Shown piece by piece: positions 31,994 to 38,315 of a stretch of DNA of 38,315 nucleotides (the first letter of the stretch is position 1; the number at the start of each line of letters is the position of its first letter). Position numbers and translations under genes: made by a program. The notes below the pieces were generated by a model that was given only the letters and a program-made list of their open reading frames with translations, was not told the DNA's origin and searched no databases. Origin of the DNA: Vulcanimicrobiota bacterium (GTDB taxonomy: Bacteria; Vulcanimicrobiota; Vulcanimicrobiia; Eremiobacterales; Eremiobacteraceae); assembly GCA_014304875.1 (NCBI GenBank), contig JACRUD010000052.1, positions 1 to 38,315 on the forward strand, written 5' to 3'.

Positions 31994-33628
31994 TCAGCGA
32001 CGGCTGAGGCGTGCCAGCAGCTCGTCCTCGCCGCTCCAGATAGCATCCAGCCCCTTTTGCCAGTCATCGACCAAGAAGGCATAGATAAGCACGCCGTGAT
32101 GCGCGGTCTTGACGTAGCCCGCTAAACCGCTTGCGCCTTCGATGTAGCCGTCTTTTCCGAGTATTCTTCCCTTCGCGTCTTCTTCCAAAGGCCGGTATTT
32201 CGCGGTCCCATCGACGCCGACGCGCGGCAAAAGCGAAGCCAGCACCGCAGCGTCGCTTTGTCTCACCATCGATCGAAGGACCGCAGCCAAGACGCGGGCC
32301 GTGACCCGGTCGGCCGTCGACAGACCCGAGCCGTCGGACAAGACGATGCCCTTATCGTCCGCCCCGATTCGATGCAGGAAGCTGCGCTCGGCGGCGATAC
32401 CATTCGCAAGCGTGCCGCTGCCGTACGCTTGCAGGCCCACGGCGCGCAGGAGCTGTTCGGCGATGTGGTTGTCGGAATCGAAGGCCATTTTCTTGATGAT
32501 GTCTTGAAGCGGGCGCGAGCGATGAGACCACAGCTCGGTCGCATGCTGCGGCGCTCTGCGCGCAGCGGCCACGCCGTTCACCGCGATGCCGGCTTGCAAC
32601 AACAGCGCCCGCAACGCTCGCGCAGCGCTGACGGTTGGATGTTCGAGACTACGCCAATACTTTTGCGGCGGTCCGTCGGGAATGCTTCCGGACAGCGCGA
32701 AGCCCCAGCCGGCCGGCAGCGGGTCGATGCGCAAGGTGTTCTCACTCCAGGCTGGTCCGCTGGACACCTCGCCGACCATTTTCTCGGCGGCAGCCGGCGG
32801 GTCGACATCGACGGCGGCCCGTCTACCGGACGCATCCGGCGTGATCGTGAACTGGACCGTGCCGCCTCCGATGCTGACCGCGCTGGCAAGCGCCGCATAA
32901 CCGTACTGCAGGTCATCCAGCAACCATGTCCTATTCGCAGCCTCCGTTCCGAAAGCGGAACCGTCGGCATAGACATTTCCCGCGACGCGCCGCACGCCGG
33001 CGGACCGTAAGCTGCGCACGGCAGCGCGCAGGTCGTCGCTGAGCAAATCCGGGTCGCCGTCGCCGACCAGCCAAATGCTGCCGTGCAGCTCGCCGGCTTG
33101 AACCGTGCCGTCGGTCGCTAAAAGAGAACGAAACCTATATGCCGGCCCCAAATCATGCAAAGCGGTGCCGGCCACGATGAGCTTGATGGTGGAAGCCGGC
33201 GTGAGCGGGACGTCAGCGTTGTGAGCGTAGAGCGTTCGGCCGGAGCGGGCGTCGAGCAATAGCACGCCGGTCGCGGCCGGAAAGGCAGAACCGTTCACGA
33301 CGTCGGCCGCGTCGGCCGCGATGCTGCGCCGGTCCGGGTCGCTCAGGGGAACGCCGGCGGTTAAGAAACGGCTGGAGAACGGCGGCCCGCTGTCGGTTTT
33401 GAACGATGCCGGCAACACGGTGGAAGCGAAACCGACGTCCGAAGGCGGCGCGCGATGAAATCGGACCACCGCCATGGCGAGAACGCACGATAGCGCGACG
33501 ATCACCACCACTGCCAACCGGCGCAAGCGCCGGGCGCGTCTGCGCGTTCTCCGCCAGCGAGCGATCGCTGCGGGAGGAACACCTCGCGTCGCTTCGCCCT
33601 TGCTACGAGGAGGCGCGCCCCTGCGCAT
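31994..33628 (-). CDS. dacB: Second PBP4 (peptidase S13) D-Ala-D-Ala carboxypeptidase/endopeptidase paralog, membrane-anchored
   Basis: SxxK (TPASTIKLIVAG), SDN (DSDNHIAEQLL), DGSGLS, and KDG in place of KTG (ILGKDGYIEGASGLAGY). The N-terminal anchor is LAVVVIVALSCVLAMAVV. The start is uncertain: ATG 33703 would overlap the upstream gene by 101 nt, ATG 33628 by 26 nt, and later TTG/GTG codons are possible. Confidence 0.85.
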   Translation of the reverse strand: MRRGAPPRSKGEATRGVPPAAIARWRRTRRRARRLRRLAVVVIVALSCVLAMAVVRFHRAPPSDVGFASTVLPASFKTDSGPPFSSRFLTAGVPLSDPDRRSIAADAADVVNGSAFPAATGVLLLDARSGRTLYAHNADVPLTPASTIKLIVAGTALHDLGPAYRFRSLLATDGTVQAGELHGSIWLVGDGDPDLLSDDLRAAVRSLRSAGVRRVAGNVYADGSAFGTEAANRTWLLDDLQYGYAALASAVSIGGGTVQFTITPDASGRRAAVDVDPPAAAEKMVGEVSSGPAWSENTLRIDPLPAGWGFALSGSIPDGPPQKYWRSLEHPTVSAARALRALLLQAGIAVNGVAAARRAPQHATELWSHRSRPLQDIIKKMAFDSDNHIAEQLLRAVGLQAYGSGTLANGIAAERSFLHRIGADDKGIVLSDGSGLSTADRVTARVLAAVLRSMVRQSDAAVLASLLPRVGVDGTAKYRPLEEDAKGRILGKDGYIEGASGLAGYVKTAHHGVLIYAFLVDDWQKGLDAIWSGEDELLARLSRR

Positions 33629-34568
33629 CCTCCCACCACGCCAGTCCGGGAGACCAGCGCGCGAACCAATAGACGAGCGACTGCCAGTTGCCGAACTGTG
33701 CAAAGCGACGGCGGATTTGCCGCTCAGTGGGCCGCTTCCCTTTGAATAGCGCGCGCTTAGCGTACGCGTACGTGGCGCTGTCCACCGCGATGTGATCGTA
33801 GTGACGCAGCAGGTTCATCAAAAAATGCGCAGACGATTTGCCGACGCCCTTGATCGCGACGAGCGCTTTGAACAGTTCCGCGCTGTCCATGCCGGCGGCG
33901 CGCGCATCGAGCGACTCTAAATCGATGTCGCCCGCTTTCTGGCGGTGTGCCAGCTCGACGATGTACGGAGCTCGATAGCCTGCGCGGACATAGTCGCGCA
34001 GATAGCGTTCCCCGGCCCGCGTGACCTGCCCCGGCGATGGCCACGCGCGCAAAGCGGGTCGGGCTGGGCAGACGTCGCCCAATTCAGCGAGTCGATTTAT
34101 CATCACGACGGCTTGGCGCCAGAGCACGTTGGTTCCCAAGATCGCCTTGACCGCATCTTCCCAAAGCGATGAGCCGCGCATGCACCGCCCCGCTCCGGCT
34201 TTGAGGGCAACGCGCAGCTCCGGACGGGACCTGCATATCGAGTAAAAACCGCTCAGATCCTCGTCGAGATGAAGCATGGCGATGCAACGGCGCATCATTT
34301 CGCGCGCGACGCCTCGATGGCTCGCTCCTTCTCCACGCACCGTGACGATAACGTCTCGGTAACCGCGGCGAGACGAACGCTCGTCTCGGATCCCGAGCAG
34401 CATGACCCGACCATCCCGCAAGGCTTCAGCACGCTCGAGGGACTCCAGCTCAGGGTCCAGCCGAAACGGCATAGTCTGGTACCAACCATGCGAAGTCGCC
34501 GTGGCCAGGACGGTGAAAGGCGTTCTGACCGGCAAGCGTATCGTCTGTGTCTCCATCCGCGCGGCCAA
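33603..34568 (-). CDS. HhH-GPD superfamily DNA glycosylase (AlkA / 3-methyladenine glycosylase II-like)
   Basis: 321 aa. Helix-hairpin-helix plus Gly/Pro loop and catalytic Asp region (ELFKALVAIKGVGKSSAHFLMNLLRHYDHIAVDSATY). An N-terminal non-HhH domain is present, as in AlkA. The start is TTG 34568 or ATG 34556. Confidence 0.75.
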   Translation of the reverse strand: MAARMETQTIRLPVRTPFTVLATATSHGWYQTMPFRLDPELESLERAEALRDGRVMLLGIRDERSSRRGYRDVIVTVRGEGASHRGVAREMMRRCIAMLHLDEDLSGFYSICRSRPELRVALKAGAGRCMRGSSLWEDAVKAILGTNVLWRQAVVMINRLAELGDVCPARPALRAWPSPGQVTRAGERYLRDYVRAGYRAPYIVELAHRQKAGDIDLESLDARAAGMDSAELFKALVAIKGVGKSSAHFLMNLLRHYDHIAVDSATYAYAKRALFKGKRPTERQIRRRFAQFGNWQSLVYWFARWSPGLAWWEDAQGRASS

Positions 34569-34620
34569 TTAGGTTACCAAAGCCCAGGGGCCCTGCGCGA
34601 CGCGGCAGAAAATCACAAGC

Positions 34621-37600
34621 GTGCTTGTCCAACGGCTTAAGCTGAGAGTGCCGCAAATTTCGCCGTCGTGGATAGAGCGTCCGCATCTGCAAAGCCGCGT
34701 CCTAGGCGATAAGCCGGTCGTCTCGATCGTCGCGGGACCCGGTTACGGGAAGACGACGCTTGCGGTCGAGGCGGCCGCGGCCTGGAAAGGCCCCACACCC
34801 TGGTACAGCCTAGACGAGACTGACGCCGATCTGCCGGTTTTCGCGGCCCACGTCGAATCGGCGCTGCGCAGTTGCCGCCCCGATGGAAGCGGCAATGCGA
34901 GCAGTGCGGCGGCGCCGGGAACTCCGAAAGAACTCGGTTACCGTCTGGCGGAGGCGCTAGGCGACCTCCCGCAGCCGGCGTTGTTCATCTTCGACGACGT
35001 GCAGGCACTCGAAGGGGGTCGCGCCGCTATCGCGCTGTCCGAATTCGTCGAACGGGGCTCTCGCCTGGGGGCGCATTTCGTTCTTTGCGGGCGATCCATG
35101 CCGTTTGCCTTGCATCGCCTCGCCGCATCGGCTTCACTGCATTCCATCACAGCCGCCGATCTCGCGTTCAATGCCGCCGAAGCGGAGACATACCTGCACG
35201 GCATGCTGCACGAAGCGGCGCAACAAGGCTACGTCGCCGGCCTAGCACGGCGGGCAGAAGGCTGGCCCGCGGGCTTGGCGCTGATCGCGTCCAGCGCACC
35301 CCGCAGCGGTAAGGCCGCAACACCAGATGGATTCGTCGGTGAAGGCGACGAAGCGCGCCGGTATTTGTTCGAATACCTCGCCACTGAAGTGTTGGCGAGC
35401 CTCTCGCAGGATGAGCAACGCTTTCTGCTTCACACTTCTGTCGCAGCCCGCTTGGAGATCGATCTCTGCAACGCCGTGACCGGCGACGACAACGCCGGCA
35501 AGATCCTCGATTCTTTGACGATGCGCGGACTTTTTGTGACGAGACTGACGTCGAGCGCATATTCTTCGCATCAGCTTTTCCGCGAATTTCTCCAGCAAGC
35601 TCTTAAACGATCCACGAGCCCCGATCAGGTCGCGTCACTGCATCGCCGCGCGGGGCAGTACCTCGCCGCGCGGTCGGACTTCCTCGCGGCGGCGGAACAT
35701 TTTCTAGAGGCGGGGGACGTCGAGTCGGCCGCCGCCATTTTGGAGCGCGAAAGTTCGGCGCTGCTGCGGAGCGGCCTCATCGGCGCCGTGAACAACCTCA
35801 TCGCACGCATAGGAAAGCAGCGCATCGAAGAAAGCCCGGCGCTCTCGGCCGCCCAAGGGCGCGTTCAGCGAGAGCGCGGTGAGTGGGACGCCGCTTTAGC
35901 TTCGCTGGAGCAGGCCATCTCGCTCGCTCATTCCGCAGGCGAATACGACATCATCGCCGAGGCGGTACGCAGCGCGGCTCCCATCCTTGCCGCGCGCAAC
36001 GAGTTGGAGCGGCTGCGGTCGATGCTCGATGATGCGCTTGCCCTCCGTGATCATCTGCAGCCGGCAAGCGTGAACAGCCTGCGCACGACTCTGGCGGCCG
36101 TCCTACTGGAAACCGACATGCTGGACGAGGCCGTCGCCATGTATCGCGACATCACGCCCCTGCTTGTGGCCACGGGTGATCTGGCCGCACAGGGTCTCGT
36201 GCTGCATAATCTCGGCGTCGCTCAGCTGCGTCGCGGTGACGTCTACGCGGGTTTGTCGACGTACGAGCGGGCCGCCAAGCTCAAAGAAAACGCGGGCCAG
36301 CGGGTTTCACTGCTTCATACGCTCGCCGACACCGTCTATGCCAAGACTCTTTTAGGATACTTTGAGGAAGCCGACAGGCTTGCCGAGTCCCTCCTGTCGC
36401 AGGCCCGCGACGTCGGCGCCTCCGGCATAGCGGCCCGCGCACACGAGCAGCGAGGCGTGCTCGCGCTGCTGCGAGACAGCGTCGTCGCCGCCGACGATGA
36501 GTTCCGCGCCGCCCAGCAGGCGTGCGACCCCGGCGATGTCTTCCTGCTCCCTGAAATCGAACACGGCCTAGCGCAGTGTGCTCTGCTTTCGAAAGACATG
36601 GCGGCCGCGGAATACTTCGGCGACCGTGCAAGCAGCGCGTTCCTGGGAGCCAAGCGCCACCAGCAACGCGCACCGGTTCTGCTCACTCAAGCCGCCTGTG
36701 CGCTGGCACGGGGCGACCCGCACGCGGCGGCGCGATTGGCCGGCGAAGCAGGCGAAGCCGCGGGGCAGGGCAAGAACGCGCTGCTTGAAGCGACGTCCGC
36801 GTTAGGCGTGGCGGACATTTTGATCCAATGCGCCGCCGTCGTCGGCGACCCCGAAATAGACAGGCGAGCGGCCGCGGCAGCGACGGCGGCGATCGCGCTC
36901 ATCCACCAGCGGGACTACCGATTCTTGCTGCGCACGCGAAGCGCTGCATTCGATCGCCTCAAGCCGCATCTCCGGCGCTGGGGCATCGGGGGCGGCCTGC
37001 TTCCCGAGTTGCGCCCCGCCGAACCGGCTGGAGCGCTGCGGGTGGAGATGCTCGGACCGTTTCGCGTGCTGCTGAGCGGTCGCCCCGTGCCGCCGGAATC
37101 GTGGAAACGGCGCAAGGCGCCGGAGCTGTTCGCATTCTTGATCGCTTCAAAGGGGGCGCCCGTGTCGCGAGCGCGCCTGATCGATCTCTATTGGCCCGAC
37201 AGCGATGCAGATGCTGCCCATGACAGCCTGCGAGTCACGATCAGCGCGATCCGCAAAGCCGTCGGCGACGTCGTTCAATTCCAAAGCAACGGCTACCGCT
37301 TCGCGGCGCCTGCGGACGCTGTCGTCGACGCAGACTTGTTCGAGAATCACATCGAGCAGGCACGTCAAGCGGACGTTCGCGGTGACGCACCGGGGGCTCG
37401 GCGCGCGTATCAGCTCGCCGCCGACCTTTACCGTGGGGATTATTTGGACGGCTTGGGGGATGCGGGTTGGCAGTGGCGCCAGCGCGAACGCTTCCGCGCT
37501 GAATGTCTTGAAGCTTTACGCTGGTTGGCACGAGACTGCGAGAGATCGAATGACGCTGTGCGCCAGCGGTCTTTGCTGGACCGCCTGCTCGAAGTCGCTC

Positions 37601-37797
37601 CCTTCGATCTCGAGGCCGTGCGCATGCGGTTGCGATCCCTGGTAGCAGACGGCCGCCTGGCTGACGCCCGCAGGGATTACCTCGCGTGGTGCTCCAGTTA
37701 CCGCCACGCCGTCGGCATGGACCCTCCGCAAGTTTGGCCGGGCGGCGCGGCAGAAGATATCAAACCAAACGCTGAAACCATCGCCGCCGAGGCGTGA
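34621..37797 (+). CDS. STAND-type regulator: MalT-like NTPase + TPR-like superhelix + C-terminal SARP module (OmpR-type winged helix + BTAD)
   Basis: 1058 aa. MalT-like N-terminus (RPHLQSRVLGDKPVVSIVAGPGYGKTTLAVE..PWYSLDETDADLPVF; Walker A at 34735-34755; Walker B-like ALFIFDDVQ). A long Ala/Leu-rich helical repeat region follows. The last 253 aa (from 37036) are LRVEMLGPFRVLLSGRPV...WKRRKAPELFAFL...LIDLYWPD...SLRVTISAIRKAV (winged helix) followed by DLF...ARRAYQLAADLYRGDYLDG...W...ERFRAECLEALRWLA...LLEVAPFDLEAVRMRLRSLVADGRLADARRDY (BTAD). Confidence 0.85.
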   Translation: MLVQRLKLRVPQISPSWIERPHLQSRVLGDKPVVSIVAGPGYGKTTLAVEAAAAWKGPTPWYSLDETDADLPVFAAHVESALRSCRPDGSGNASSAAAPGTPKELGYRLAEALGDLPQPALFIFDDVQALEGGRAAIALSEFVERGSRLGAHFVLCGRSMPFALHRLAASASLHSITAADLAFNAAEAETYLHGMLHEAAQQGYVAGLARRAEGWPAGLALIASSAPRSGKAATPDGFVGEGDEARRYLFEYLATEVLASLSQDEQRFLLHTSVAARLEIDLCNAVTGDDNAGKILDSLTMRGLFVTRLTSSAYSSHQLFREFLQQALKRSTSPDQVASLHRRAGQYLAARSDFLAAAEHFLEAGDVESAAAILERESSALLRSGLIGAVNNLIARIGKQRIEESPALSAAQGRVQRERGEWDAALASLEQAISLAHSAGEYDIIAEAVRSAAPILAARNELERLRSMLDDALALRDHLQPASVNSLRTTLAAVLLETDMLDEAVAMYRDITPLLVATGDLAAQGLVLHNLGVAQLRRGDVYAGLSTYERAAKLKENAGQRVSLLHTLADTVYAKTLLGYFEEADRLAESLLSQARDVGASGIAARAHEQRGVLALLRDSVVAADDEFRAAQQACDPGDVFLLPEIEHGLAQCALLSKDMAAAEYFGDRASSAFLGAKRHQQRAPVLLTQAACALARGDPHAAARLAGEAGEAAGQGKNALLEATSALGVADILIQCAAVVGDPEIDRRAAAAATAAIALIHQRDYRFLLRTRSAAFDRLKPHLRRWGIGGGLLPELRPAEPAGALRVEMLGPFRVLLSGRPVPPESWKRRKAPELFAFLIASKGAPVSRARLIDLYWPDSDADAAHDSLRVTISAIRKAVGDVVQFQSNGYRFAAPADAVVDADLFENHIEQARQADVRGDAPGARRAYQLAADLYRGDYLDGLGDAGWQWRQRERFRAECLEALRWLARDCERSNDAVRQRSLLDRLLEVAPFDLEAVRMRLRSLVADGRLADARRDYLAWCSSYRHAVGMDPPQVWPGGAAEDIKPNAETIAAEA

Positions 37798-37826
37798 TGG
37801 CGGCCTTAGCGAACGCTTGGCATAGA

Positions 37827-37855
37827 TTGCAAAGCTAGTGGGTAAAGGCTAAATT
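37827..37855 (+). promoter_or_regulatory. Weak candidate sigma70 promoter for the sedolisin-like gene
   Basis: TTGCAA (37827-37832), 17 nt, TAAATT (37850-37855). The -10 box ends 13 nt before the ATG, so it would leave almost no leader and would place the GGGGGA SD-like element at or before +1. This is speculative. Confidence 0.2.
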
Positions 37856-37868
37856 GGGGGATTTTTCG

Positions 37869-38315
37869 ATGAAGCGTCTCTTTTGGGGCTCATTTTTGTC
37901 GAGCGCGCTCACACTCGTCATTTTGTTTCCAGCGCAGGCTTCGGTAAGCGATGGCATCCTCGCCACCGTGCCGCAGTTCACAAACGTTGCTCAATACATC
38001 GGGCTCGCACCGCCCGCTCAGCCGGTTCGGCTGGTGGTGTTTTTGGCCTATCCTAACAAAAGTGCGGTTGACGCTTTCGCGCAGTCAGTGAACGACCCGT
38101 CATCCCCCTCGTACGGAGCGTTTTTGACTCCGACACAGTTCTCCGCAAACTTCGCACCGTCGCCCAACACCTATTCGATGGTCGAATACGTCTTAAGCGG
38201 AGCGGGCTTCAGCGTTTACAAGACCTACCTCAATCGCAAGGTCATCGAGGTCATCGGAAGCGTGGCGCAGGCGGAGGCTTTCTTCGGCACTCTGATAGCG
38301 CAGTATCAGTATAAC
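37869..38315 (+). CDS. Peptidase S53 (sedolisin/kumamolisin-type) precursor, N-terminal signal peptide + pro-domain only (3' partial)
   Basis: The frame is open from ATG 37869 to the window end (149 codons), so it is not in the ORF track because there is no stop. Signal peptide MKRLFWGSFLSSALTLVILFPAQA. The pro-kumamolisin activation-domain pattern is present (VRLVVFL...N..AVDAFAQSVNDPSSPSYGAFLTPTQFSANFAPSPNTYSMVEYVLSGAGFSV......RKVIEVIGSVAQAEAFFGT.I..Y). Confidence 0.8.
   Translation, partial: MKRLFWGSFLSSALTLVILFPAQASVSDGILATVPQFTNVAQYIGLAPPAQPVRLVVFLAYPNKSAVDAFAQSVNDPSSPSYGAFLTPTQFSANFAPSPNTYSMVEYVLSGAGFSVYKTYLNRKVIEVIGSVAQAEAFFGTLIAQYQYN

Noticed and set aside
34621-37797. STAND NTPase as an Avs-like antiphage sensor
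   Set aside because: The effector end is a complete DNA-binding SARP module (winged helix + BTAD), not a nuclease, protease or other toxic domain. The N-terminus resembles the transcription factor MalT. A transcriptional regulator is the simpler reading.

Overview
High-GC (about two-thirds G+C by eye) bacterial chromosomal window with about 30 protein-coding genes. I saw no rRNA, tRNA or CRISPR array. Layout: (i) 1-1270 is a lower-GC, mostly non-coding stretch holding two decayed IS3-family transposase remnants. (ii) 1232-4809 is a marR/emrA/emrB-type efflux operon behind a perfect consensus sigma70 promoter. (iii) 4910-14028 is the most unusual block. A membrane-anchored TPR protein is transcribed divergently from two tandem paralogous giant envelope proteins (signal peptide, FecR-like domain, poly-Gly-flanked glycine-zipper helix, then 7 and 5 copies of a Cys-pair Ig-like module with SESNYSG and DDHGG signatures). 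These are followed by an XRE-HTH::metallo-beta-lactamase fusion whose TTG start overlaps the stop of the second giant gene, and a duplicated-domain lipoprotein. (iv) Housekeeping and accessory genes: ETF-ubiquinone oxidoreductase, GH125 mannosidase, AstE/AspA-family deacylase, an orphan ORF, GNAT, an MFS_3 exporter coupled to a PBP4 (S13) peptidase, a CpdA-like phosphoesterase, nadA-nadB-nadC, two orphan ORFs, hflX, ogt, an S58 (DmpA-like) peptidase, a secreted hypothetical, an iron-permease-family protein, a second PBP4 paralog and an AlkA-like glycosylase. (v) 34621-37797 is a 1058-aa MalT-like STAND ATPase with a C-terminal SARP (winged helix + BTAD) output, followed by a lower-GC sedolisin (S53) precursor cut by the window end. 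Two cross-cutting signals: a REP-like hairpin repeat family at three intergenic sites, and two CTGA stop/start junctions where conserved N-terminal residues of nadB and hflX lie upstream of any canonical start codon. All family assignments are motif recognition by eye. No database, HMM or structure search was possible, and many start codons are uncertain.
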